Positions 37,761 to 49,501 of a DNA stretch of 64,000 nucleotides are shown in pieces. Position 1 is the first letter of the stretch. Each line of letters starts with the position of its first letter. The notes under the pieces are model-generated. The model was not told the DNA's origin. It did no database searches and saw only the letters and a program-made list of their open reading frames with translations. The DNA lies in NCBI GenBank assembly GCA_004022145.1, contig RCNU01000007.1; one strand, given 5' to 3'. Origin of the DNA: Paecilomyces variotii (lineage: Eukaryota). The translations under genes were made by a program, and so were the position numbers.

Positions 37761-37789
37761 CACGTGACTACGCGTTACGCGAAACGCGC
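37761..37789 (+). promoter_or_regulatory. CACGTGAC E-box followed by three MCB-like ACGCG boxes upstream of rpa3
   Basis: cacgtgactACGCGTtACGCGAaACGCGCg ~210 bp before the ATG. Confidence 0.65.
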
Positions 37790-37997
37790 GGGCGATGACC
37801 TTCACTTTCCTGAATCAGTCAAACATCTCTGTGATCGACTATTATTTTATACCGGCCCATTTCACGAATTAAACCGAACACTTTTGACCTTTTACGCTAG
37901 CTTCTACTCTACGTCTACCATCAGTCAACATCGCTCTTCTCCCGTCTCTAGCAGATAGAACTTCCTAAGAAACAACATCCCATCCACCATACACACA

Positions 37998-38610
37998 ATG
38001 TCCCTCCAAACCCCGCGTGTTCTCCCTGCGCACATACACGCCTTCCATCCTTCGAGCGGCAATCGCTCATTGCAAACAGTCCGTATTCTGGGCACAGTAA
38101 CTGCGCTCCATGGCAGCACGGCGACTCTTACGTGTGGAAATAACGGCGATGTCACTTTGCTCTTGAAGTTGGATTCGCATCTGCAGATGGGGAGACTTGT
38201 GGAAGTGGTGGGAAAGGTCGCTGAGTTGGAGGGTGGGCAGGTATGTTTGATTTTTAATTTATTCATTGATTTCAAATAAATCAGTTAATTTGTTCTGGCG
38301 GTTGGGGGGGGGGGGGGGGGGAGTGGGGAAGTGTCTGGTTAATTTAATAACTAACACATGAATTGTATAGGGACTCGGTCTGCGCGTTTTGGCATCGACG
38401 GATTGGGGAAATCCAGCGGATTGCGGTATGTTGTATATTCATTTGATTCTCTTCAACTCCCATCTATATACAGTTTCTCTAAACGTTTTTTTTTTTCTTT
38501 TCGTGGCTAACTTGTTGTTATTGTTGATGACTGTAGATTATAAGATCTATGAACAAGCCGTGGAAGCAACGCATCGGTTCAAGGAGATCTTTTATGATTC
38601 GAATGAATGA
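37998..38610 (+). CDS. ssb3: Replication protein A 14-kDa subunit (Rpa3/Ssb3); 3 exons
   Basis: MSLQTPRVLPAHIHAF...VRILGTV...VEVVGKV|GLGLRVLASTDWG|DYKIYEQAVEATHRFKEIF; introns 38241-38370 and ~38426-38537. Confidence 0.85.
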
Positions 38611-39465
38611 ACGCTTTTTTCGTTTGCGATGTTGGAATGGAAAATACTCAAGAAAGGACAGAAAAAAAGAAGACCAGGATGAATGAAGAGATAATAGGAG
38701 GCAAAGAGAGGCGCATATTAGTTTCTTTAAATGTATGATACCACCTTTACTCGGGATCTAGAAATACGCAGGTTAGAATGCCCCTACCAGAATGATCTTG
38801 CATCTTATCAACAATAGTTATAGCTTGAATCCTGGCTGTCATGAAGCGGAACATTTTTGCAGAGATCACATGCTGTTCTTGGTGACTATAGAATCTGTCT
38901 ACTGCTTAAACACATCTACTATAGGAGAAATTCGGCTTTGCAGATAATAGTGGAACACCTCAAGACTCTCTCTCCCCTCTCCAGATCGATGATATTTCTA
39001 TATGTAGAGTGCGAAGTAGATCATTGAGACCTCTCATATTTAATATACTAAATGCTATTGTGAGAGATGATTTCATCTCGCTGTGTCCTTCCTATCCTAT
39101 ATCCCAAGCAAATCCTATGCCCTGGTCAAAAGACCGTCCGAAATTTCCCAGTGCAGCTATAATTCGCTGCCGGTATTATTGCTATGTACACTATCCCAAG
39201 CAACCGTAACCATAAACATCAGAGTACCTCCAACCCGGCACGAAAACCATCAGTGTAATTCGTTCCCATCCATCCCAAAAACCACTAAATGAATGTGAAA
39301 TTGTCGAAGAGAAGCCGTCTCATTGCTTGAATCAAGCGAGTGTGGCTTGTTTTTGATGTCAGACAGAATGAAAATGTATAACCGGTCAACGCCATCGCTT
39401 AAAAAGAATAATGCAGTTGTAAGCAGAACAAAAATCTATGAAGTCGTGTTCGCAATGTCAGATCA

Positions 39466-42400
39466 TTAAACGGCCGTGGAGGCAGATGCCTCATCCTTGT
39501 TCTCTTTATCACTCTGGGGCCCGTTGGGCCCGGCGTCCTTCACGCCTAGACTCGTCAGGTGCTCGTTGGGAGAATCGGAGTTGAAGAATGCAGAGTCGAA
39601 GAGCCCGGACTGATTTTCGCCTTCACCGGTACCGTCGAAGAGAAGGTGTCCGAATTGAGAGTTATGGAGGTTTGCCTTATGAACAGCAGGATCAGAAAGG
39701 ATCGCGTTGATGAGATCGTCCGATTCATCAGGGTTGCTGAAATGGCGCCCTTGGCCTGTACGCTGCTGACCGGCTTCGGATCCACCGGGCGATACATAAT
39801 CCGAAGGAATCCAGTCCACCCAATTCTTAGGCGGCTCAAAGGGGTCAAATGAGTCCGTCTGTGTTATCGAGGCGGCGTCTTCATCGAAGATGTCCATTAT
39901 CATACCGTCAATAACCTCATAGTTTCTAGAATGAGGACTGTTGCCGTGGAGCGAAGGAAACTTGGGAACATTAGACCCAAATTGCTTGCTGGGCTTCGGT
40001 CCACGAGGAGTAGATCCTGGTGACGCCCCCTGGACACGCTGCAGGCTCTCTGAAGTCGACTTGCTGGGTGTCGTTCTCGAGCTCCCTGCTCTTCCATTCC
40101 CGGGAGTAGGCGAGAGAGGCAAGGAAAGTCGCTTCTCTCCAACCGGCCCGCCGCGTCTTCTCGGGGTTGGACTTGCAGGCGGATCGAATTCGAAGGTAGG
40201 ACTCTCGAATAGGTCGTCCAGATCATCATGAGAAACAGGATGATGGTTTTCCTTGTCCGCAGACTCCTTTGCCGAGTTTTGAGAAGCGACCCGAGGACTA
40301 CGCCGAGGGCTGTTCATCAACGAATCGCCCAACATTTTCATAGCTCCTTGGTCCTGCGCGTTCGGAAACAAGTTTCTTCTGACTGGTTTTGGTGTAAGAT
40401 TCTCCTCGGATGCTGCGACATTCCGCACCTGGAGATTGCGAGCTGGACTCGATTGGATTGCCCGCCGGAGAGCCTCTATCGCATCCTGTTCTTGCCAACG
40501 GCGCTGAGAAGTGTCCGTGGAGCCCCGAGGCTCTACGCTGTTAGCACGGCGTCGGCTTGAAGATCCATCCTGCTGTTCCTCATTATTGTCACGATCATTC
40601 TCCGCGTGCGGAGTGATTCCCTCTTCCGCAGCAGGAGAAGAAGCATCGGAACGCCCTGGAGAGGACTCGGGAGGCTTCGATTCCTCAGTTCGGCTGCGGC
40701 CCCGGGTTGCAGTGTTACCTCCGCCGGAAAGGGGCCCCTTTTTATGCCTTGTAGCTCGTTTTCTCTTGTCCTTGGCTGGCTTATTCCACTTGTTCTCAGG
40801 TCGCATGTGCTTGAACTTATGAAGCCACAAGCCACAGGGATTGCAGAGGAGCACTTGCACATAGTCGTTATCTGTGTCGGCGAGGGTCTTTTTGAAGACC
40901 TTGAATTTGATGACTTTCTCCTTATTTTCCTGATCCCTCTCCACGACCTGCCAGAACAAGATTGTGTTGTCTCTAGCGAAATCGTTGGCCTCTTGTTCAC
41001 TGCCCTCCATCTCTTTTGACCAGGCCCTTCGCCAGGTAGGAGTTTCAATAGCGCCACAGTTCTCACAGAAAGGAGGAACTTGTCCATCACGGATACATTT
41101 GTCGAGGCGTGCCTGGACCTGTTTCACACGTCTCGCGCCAGCCCCGCTTCTTACCTTTCCATCATCGACAGGGAGTGGAGCTGGTGTTTCGATGGCGGAG
41201 AAGTCACTCATCGGCCCATTCCACGAGTGAGAATGTTGCAAGACAGGGTCACTCGCCGGGATTGCACTCATGAGCTGTTCAATCTCGCTCTGCGACATGG
41301 GTGCTGGTGCCAACGGTTTCGGGGGCTGCCTTGCGCTTGCTCTTGAAGAGGGCCTGGACCCGGCCCTTCGAGCAGGAAGTGTAGGAGTGGAATCCTTCGG
41401 CGATGGAGCTGCCGGTCCGTCACTAGCCAAGTAGTTGTCGTGTTGCGGAACCGAAGCACGGTGTGTAGTGACCGGAGAGGTTTCCTGGGTGTTAGAAGCG
41501 CCAGTATGCTCGTTTCTTGCCGTGTCACTGGAGATCTCCTTTCTGCAGTGGCCAGGAGTTACGACATCGTCATCCATATTGGTACGTAGACATGTGTCGT
41601 CATCCAAGAGGTCTTCGAGCGTGCCACTCATGAAGCCAGAGTCAGGGTCCATGGGTACTGGTGGAAGGACAGGGCTAGACCTGTTTGGGAATCCATTGTC
41701 CACGATGGGCGGAGATGATGGCATACTTATAGAAGGCTCAAAGATCCCATGGTAGCGAACCTCTTCCGGGGAGTGAGCATTCGGTTCCGCGGAGGGGCGG
41801 TCATCACTCATGGCATAAGGTGAGTTATACTGAGCAGTGCTCTGAGAAGAGGCCTCGCGAAGCAGACTTGGAGCGGGGCGTACCCGACGAGGCATATCAT
41901 CAGGACCAGAGATCGGAGTAGGTGGCCGGATTGGTTCTTCGTTAGATCCCCTGGCCGAAGCAACTGCAGGATTGACGGGAGTTGGACGATGGATGCGAAC
42001 CGAAGCAGCCGTGCTTGCTGCGACGCGGAGGGAAGCAGACTGCCTCTCAATGTTCATGTCGACACTGCTAGGCCCATCTGCCCTGTACAGTTTAGCCCTC
42101 TTTCTCGGCTGCTGGTCGCCTATCTCATCCGAACTGCCATATCCTGACTGCACAGACCCCCTGCGAGAGGCAGAATACGACGGATGTCTCTGAAGCTCTC
42201 CATCACGTGTAGATGTTCTCGAGGAAGGCCTGAAGGCCTCGCTAGCTCCACGTTTGGTCTGCTGGCTGCTCGTAGGCCGGAAGCCGCTAGGAGTCGAATC
42301 TCTGCTGGGTGCTGCTGCGAACGTTGACTGAGCCGGGGAGCCAGCCTGGAAAGGCTCATTGCCATGCATGGTGGGAAACTCCCTTGGCGTAGAACCTTCA

Positions 42401-43175
42401 CTGAGAAGCTGGTGAAATTTTTCGATTCCCGAGGCATCCAGAGGGGAGGTGGTACGGTCAGTCACTTGAGGACGTTTGTTAGGGGCAAATAAGCCAGGGT
42501 TCTGCTGAATAAAACTCGTCCATGCTCGAGCATCGAATTCTTGCGGAATGACCTTGCTCAGTTCGCGATACTTCTGCATGCTGGTGAGATACTCGCTCTG
42601 CATAACCGTCGGAACGGGCACCAGTCTCAGTTTGACCTCCAATGTTTCTTGGGCTCCTTTAGAAAACAACCCCAGCACGTTCTTGCACACACGACCGGTG
42701 ACGATGGTTCTCGATTGATGGGCAGGTGCGTTCGGCGTGGGCGAAGCGGAAGCGAGGACCCATGACAACATTCCCTGACCGACCAGCGGCGTCTCATATT
42801 CCGAGTAATCGTAAGCATAAACAGTGTAGTCTTGACCTAATTTAGCCACCAGCTCAGGGCTAGCACGTCCAGTGAGCAAAGGATCCGATGCATGATCCGG
42901 GAAACAGGCACCGCGTACCTAGCAGACACAATGGCTTGGATACATGTTTTCAACTCGATGACACCGATCTGAGTCTGTTCGTCAAGGTAGGCGGTTTGAA
43001 TATCGAGCAGATGAGGCCACCGGGCAAGGCAATTCGTCTTGTTCTCGTCATCGAAGGTATAGAGCACCTTGACTGCATTTGGCAAGAGTAGCCATTAGAA
43101 CAGAGCGTCCGCACAGCGTGAGAGAAGGAACTTACGCCTCATAGAGCGGACGGATATACCGTCCTGAGATTCCAT
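39466..43175 (-). CDS. ams2: Ams2/Spt21-family GATA-type transcription factor (histone gene regulator); 3 coding exons
   Basis: KVLYTFDDENKTNCLARW...SPELVAKLGQDYTVYAYDYSEYETPLVGQG N-terminal domain; CENCGAIETPTWRR...LCNPCGLW finger. Confidence 0.88.
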
Positions 43176-43875
43176 CCCGCCGGCAAGTCGTTGCTACCAT
43201 ACGCAGGGAGGTGACGAGATCTGTAGGAAGACGAGCTTTTTCAAACCGTGGTCGAGCTGCAAGTGACGTGTAGTGTTCGCGTTTGCGAGTCGGCCCGACG
43301 CTGAAAATTGAAGGTGTACTGAGGAGAAATTGAAGCTGGAACAGGACAACTGATGACAGTGTGAGCTGCAGAAGAAGTCTTCCAGCTGTCGTAGACGAGA
43401 TTAGTGCCGTCGACTAGGAGAATAGACGGGTATGCAACGCAGGTCGCAGTGGTATGGAAGTCCTAGCCAGCGGGGCTCTGGTATGTAGGAGAGCGTAAGA
43501 TGAGTGGTGGAGGACGAGTTGAGTAATATATAGAGGAGAAAATGGGAGCCACCGTGAAGATATATGGCAGAGGAAGCGATAGCCTGCCGCAGGAGCAAGT
43601 CAATGGCTCGCGGGGAGGTTGGGGAGAGAAGATCCCTTGAGTCGTGGGATGGGATCGAATAGTTTAACTACCCAAGTTCAACTTGGATCTCAAGCGTGTA
43701 CGCGACGTGACGCAGCCAATCGCGAGCTCGTGAGATCAAAGCGCCAAACACGGCAAACACGCGCCGCACGTGACCCGCCAAGCTCTCCAGCTGCTTCTCT
43801 GGGGAATCCGAAGATCGCAGAGCATCCAAGTCTCTCTCCAGCAGCAGTCCTCTGTCTTCTTTCTTATACGGCACC

Positions 43876-44794
43876 ATGTCCGACACCAAGATCCAGTAAG
43901 TCTTCAGATGCTCCGCGTCTACGCTCTGATGAGTCATAGACCCTGGCTGCAGCCCCTAGACTCCCTCATATCCCTGTCGATGGAAATATGCTGACCTTCT
44001 TGCGCGACTCTACAGAGATCTGCTGAACAAGCCCCGCAGCGAACTGACGTAGGTTACTTTCTTTAGCCTTGATGTATTGTTGCAGTCTTTCTCTCTGTTG
44101 CCTGGACCATCGACCGTTTTATGCCGTCCACGGCTTGCCCCGCATCCCGTCATATATTTCTAGACGTCAGAGTACGATCGCATACTGACTGTCGGACGTC
44201 TAGCGAGTATGAGGTCGCGCTGGTGGAGGAGCACGAGTTGACCGCAGGACCGCTGTCTCTGCTGCAGACTGCGACGCGCACGCATACCCAGGTTCTGATC
44301 TCCTGCCGGAATAACCGCAAGTATGTATCTCTGATCGCAATCATCGATCTATACTCTATATTCTAGCTTACCTTTGACTGACTGTTCCCCTTTTGTCTCA
44401 AGGCTGTTGGCGCGTGTTAAGGCCTTTGACCGTCATTGCAACATGGTTCTTGAGAATGGTAAGCCTGTCCTGACGAATAATGGATGATCCCAAATTGTTC
44501 ATGGAACGTTCTAACTCTCTCTCAGTCAAGGAGATGTGGACAGAGAAGCCCAAGGGTGGAAAGGGAAAGGGAGTTAACAAGGACCGCTTCGTCAGCAAGT
44601 TGTGAGTTGCATGATCCCTCTTATTTTTAGGTCAACCGTAGACCTGATAGCTACGCCGCATATGTTGCCACGCTATGTCCTTCTCTCGGCCGGAGTTCCC
44701 TCGTTTTCCTCTAGGTATTCTCGCCATCCGATTACTGACCTGCGGTTATAGGTTTCTGCGTGGCGACTCCGTCATCCTGGTCCTGCTGAGCTGA
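43876..44794 (+). CDS. smd2: Small nuclear ribonucleoprotein Sm D2; 6 exons
   Basis: Spliced [21 protein letters not shown]...GPLSLL...[36 protein letters not shown]...[21 protein letters not shown]. Confidence 0.93.
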
Positions 44795-45533
44795 AGGTGC
44801 CACGCTCGATTTCTCGATTTCTCGATTCTCTTCTAATCCTAAACCACGCCGCCTGTGTCATCACATCTGAACTCCGGAATGAGCCTCTGCCGCAGTATCG
44901 ACTTATCTACATCGTTCCCGCGTAATGGCCTGGGACCTACCTACGCTGTGCAGATGTCGTCCCGGAGGTCGTGTTCTACGATGGAGCTATATCTTGCTTT
45001 TTAAAAAGAATCCCGTTTCTACAAGGGATAGCAGTGACGAATATCTCACACGCACTTCGAAAACAGAGGAATGGGTAAAATGGCGTTCTGTATCTGCTTA
45101 AAAAAAAGGCTTTCCCTTGATTTGATCACTGTTCCCGACGGTTGGAAAGGGAAAGGCAATTTATTTAATTATGCTGCAAGTCCTGCCGTTCTCGAAAACC
45201 AATGTCCAGGGAATGGGAACGAGCAAATAAAAAAAAGTTTAAAAGCATAAATCAGACTCCCAGTCATAAGTGTAGCCGCTTACAGCGGATAGAATTTTGA
45301 CACCTGAAGCAAAGTTGGATATCCTGGTGAATATAGGAGTTCTGTACCATATCGACTTATACCAAAAAATATATGTATATTTATATATTTATCCTTCTCA
45401 AAAGGGGCGAAGATGTCCATGAGCGAATCATCATATCAAATCATAAATAAATAAATAACACAAACATGAGAGGATGTGCGTATTATTTTCATTTCTCTCT
45501 CTCTCTCTTTTTGCTTTCATTTTCATCTTCTAG

Positions 45534-47596
45534 TTAAGCCGCCTCAGCCAACCCCGTAAGGAACTCACTAAGTCCATAAGCGCCAGGATCAGGAATCTTC
45601 CCAACCCATTCATCCTCGCCGCCAACGTAGACCGCACGACCCAGACTGGCTTTCATGCTCTTGGTAGCCTCGGTACCTTCCTGGGCTGCTTTAGCGGCAG
45701 CCTTGATGTCCTTCGTCTCGATCAGTTTCTTAGAGAAAGGCACAAGGGCGTCCATGAGAGTGCGGTCTCCAGGCTGGGCGGGCGTGTATCTACCCAGAGC
45801 GGAGATGGAGTACCTGACTGCCTCAGACCAGGTTTCGGCAGTGACTTGAGTAGCACTGCTTCCTTTGTCCTGGGCGCGGAGACCGTGCGAGAGAGCATTG
45901 AGGCCAATGGAATAGATGGCTCCTGATGTGCCGTCCATGACATTTTCGACGACGTTGGTGATTTGGTTGACTGCGTTGACGACGTCGGTTAGGTTGGTGG
46001 AGGGGTCTTGGATCTTTGCGAGAACGGCCTCTGCGCCGCGCTTGAGGCCAATGCCGCAGTCGCCGTCGCCGACGATGGTGTCGAAATGTGTTACTTGTGG
46101 CTCGGCGGCGATGATGCGCTTGAGACCAGCTGTGAGAATGGTCTTTAGGGCGATAGGATCGGCTGGTGGGTGCTTGTTAGCTATGATGTGACTGTGTGTG
46201 GATTGTGACGGCGGGGGGTTATAGTATATATATGCTTACTCTTCAAATTGCTAGGTTGCTCTTCAGGGAGCTTGGTCTTCGGGAGTTCAGTCCCCTTTTC
46301 ATTTGCGCGCTCCCATGTTGATGTTGTGATAGGAGCGGTCCAGCCTACTGCTTCAGCAGGAGCGTCGATAAGCTCTAGCAGGGACTTGCCAGGCCCCAGG
46401 CCAGTGTCTGCAAGCTTAAGAAGCGATATGCTGAATCCCAGACCGTTCAGACTGGTCTGGAAAGCACCCTGGATCGTGCGGACAGGGGAGATCTTGTAGT
46501 CTTTCTCGAGTTGTCTGTACACTTCGCTTGTGATGCCGGACAGTTCCAGAGTGCTTACACCTCCCAGGTTGTTGACGAATAATACAAACTTGTCGTCAGG
46601 TTCGCGGGTTATGAAAGCACGGTCCTTGTCGTTGTGGTCCAGAAGTTGTAGGAGCATTGTCTTTATCAGCTCTTCCATGGTAAACTTTATGCGGTGGGAT
46701 CCAGGCTCGTTATGGATTCCCATGCCCACTTCCACCACGCCAGGGGGAAGCGTTTCCGCACTGGGGTCGATCTCGCGGCCAGGGACATGGACATGCTCGA
46801 GGGAGGCGCCTAGCGATACCAGGTTCTCGTTTGTGAGCTTTGCGACTCCGTAGACATCCTCGAGGGAAGCACTGTTCAACTATTAGTCTGGTACTAACTC
46901 TCCAAACTATAATCATACGACGACGAGCGTCTCGCCCATGGGTAGACGGCCCACTCACCCAGTTTCCGCCAACGCTCCGACAATCTTCAATATCAAGATA
47001 CCGCCAGCAATACCTCGTCGACCGACCTTTCCACTCTTCTTGCGTCCGACTCCCACATCATCTGCCATGGGGAAGAATTCGGTCTTGATTCCAGCGGCCT
47101 TGGCCTTCTCAACGGCCATACCGAAGTTCAGGACATCTCCCGTATAGTTGTTCATGATGATCAGAACACCCTTGTCCGTCGCGACACGCTCCATTGCCGC
47201 TCGGCGCACTTGCTCTGCCGAGGGCGAGGCGAAGATAGTTCCAGCCACGGAGGCCGTCAGAATTCCTTTGCCCACATATCCAGCAAAAGCGGGCTCATGG
47301 CCAGAACCACCTCCGGAAATGATGGAGACCTTGCTCTTTGAAGATTCATCAGGCCGGCGGAAAATGATCTTATTCTCCTGATCGAATTCCAGAGACGGAT
47401 TCGTGAGCGTCAGGGACCGAAGCGCATCAATGACCAACTTGTTAGGGTCCGTAAAGAAATGCTTAGCTGAAAAATCGCATATTGTCAGTAAAACGAATAC
47501 CGCAGTAGTTTGCTTAGAGAGCTGGCTAGCAGATGGGAAGTGGGCTGCTGGAGTCGGCCAAAAGATGTGGGTTTGGGTTAAGGACGTACACTGCAT
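45534..47596 (-). CDS. dak1: Dihydroxyacetone (glycerone) kinase, DhaK-DhaL fusion; 4 exons
   Basis: ISGGGSGHEPA, NYTGDVLNFG, GRRGIAG, GMGIHNEPG, VGDGDCG, MDGTSG, GDRTLMDAL, PDPGA; 7-nt first coding exon (ATG CAG T). Confidence 0.93.
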
Positions 47597-49501
47597 GGTG
47601 AAATGCGATCTATACTGGAATGGAATATGACGCCGAGAAGGTTATTGGCACGATTCGCGTCCACTAGAGAAAAACAATCGCGGATGCCAAATATTCAAAG
47701 ATTTCCCAATTCTTAACCAGATCAAAAACTGAACAGAGATCCCCCGGGAGAAATAATCATATATTGAACAGTACTCCGCATGACACTCTATACCTGGTGA
47801 ATGGCGGGGATGAAGTGGGGAACCTGGTCGCGCAGAAAAAGAGGTCCATGGTCAGCAGCGTCCATCGAGTATGGGTAATTATTGGATATGATCGTAAACG
47901 AGAGAAAGCGTTGGTAACGTTGTGCCATAAGCCGAGGAAAGAAATGACTGTATTCGCACGGCCTGTCTGCGGGCTCTGTTGTTGATGCGGGGACCGTAGG
48001 ATCTCTGTTCCCTTCAAAGTTCCACGGATAAAAAGAATCTCATAGCATTTCCCCAAGGGGGATGATGGACAGCTATTGGACAGAAGAGGAGAATCCTTAC
48101 CTGCTGAGAGGTCATGCGAATTGAATTGCGCTGGGAGACAGGAGGCTCAAGCGGAGGTGAGCTGGTCCACGAGATGAGCGCAGCAGTAGTACTTAGTGTC
48201 ACGAGTGATACCTGTCCACAAACAATGAACCGCAATGGACGTCCAATCCACTGGAGTAAAAAGAACGCAGAGGTCGGACGAGAGAGCTACCTGATGGGCA
48301 GCTCTTTTATGTAGCAGAGCATGCTGCTGTCCCACCTCTGCTCCTCGCCCTCCGCATGAGCACAGGAGGTATTCCCGTACGACTTCTGGAGTCCCAACGG
48401 GCGCCGGGATCCTGTAGCATTATTCCACGTCTTCCCTCTTTTCGCGGTGTCTCCATTGCTGATGGCTTGACGAGAAGAGCGGTTTGCCTTCCGGGTCTGG
48501 ATCTCGCAGCTCTTGTTGCTCATACCCCGGATTCCCCTAAGCGGTAATCCCGCGCGGTTCCCAATACGGCAATATCCGGATTTGTCGCACTCCCATGGGC
48601 TGTGTTGCATCGTGCATCAGTCCCAGACAATCAGTTACTGTTATTCTTCTCGGATCGAAGCTGCTAATTAACCATATACAGATCGAGACCGATGAAGTAT
48701 AGGACACGGTCTAGAGGAAAGGAAAAGAAAGTCAACGATGCACTGTGCAATGCGCATCCCACGTTGTTCGCGAGGGAAAGTGACATACTCCTGAGTACTC
48801 CGTAGATAGAGTACTTAGACTGCCCCGTACGCTAGGACATTATCTTTCTATGGTCCCTGAAGAAAGCGTCCCTGGTTCGACTAGACCGGCGCTGCGGAAA
48901 ACTCCAGATGGATTCCAGTACATCCGCCTGTATCCCAGCATTCTGGGAATCGGGTCCAACGACCATTTCGTTTTATAGGCTAGCTCAGGACTTCTAGAAG
49001 CTGGAGAGCAATTACCTAGGTAGGTAGTGTGGGAAGATGGCGCAGTTGGAGAGGGGCAAGTCTGCATGATCGAAGAAAGAGGAAATGCCGTGCCGCCGTG
49101 TGGTTGTCGATAAGGACGGCAGAGTGACCGGGGCAGACTGTGTCTCCATTCTGTCGGCTGAAAAGAGAAAGGGCAAGAAGAAAACGGTAGAGGATCAATC
49201 TGCTAGGCTGGAATGACAAGAACTGAATAATAATAGATTAAGGAAACAGTTGACCTCCCGCTTGGCCCACGGCGGGGAAGAGCTCTGCTGGGATCCGGAA
49301 CAGCCCCCAGGCTAAGTAACTAACTACTTAACGGTTCGGTATACCAATTGTGAATCGATCAATGTATCCTAAATACACTTCGCAACGCTTTGAATTTCTA
49401 CCGAACACCAGCATATACAACAACAGGGTGTCTCCATTGTCCAATTCGTAATTTCGTGTCTCTCTCTCCTTACAACGAGTCTGACAAACTCCAAGCACCA
49501 T

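Noticed and set aside
43926..43995. TGATGA...CTGA in smd2 intron 1 as a possible snoRNA
   Set aside because: The CTGA is the branch-point GCTGAC and there is no terminal stem
44602..44752. Internal AG|GT in smd2 last intron suggesting a twin or recursive intron
   Set aside because: The downstream part would be only ~38 nt, and no clear branch point precedes the internal AG
45489..45536. dak1 stop TAA-CTA as a read-through context for cryptic peroxisomal targeting
   Set aside because: The extension ends ...REREK with no PTS1, and TAA is a weak read-through codon
14389..47596. glo2, NAD kinase and dak1 as a methylglyoxal/carbonyl detoxification cluster
   Set aside because: Separated by 15 kb or more with many unrelated genes between
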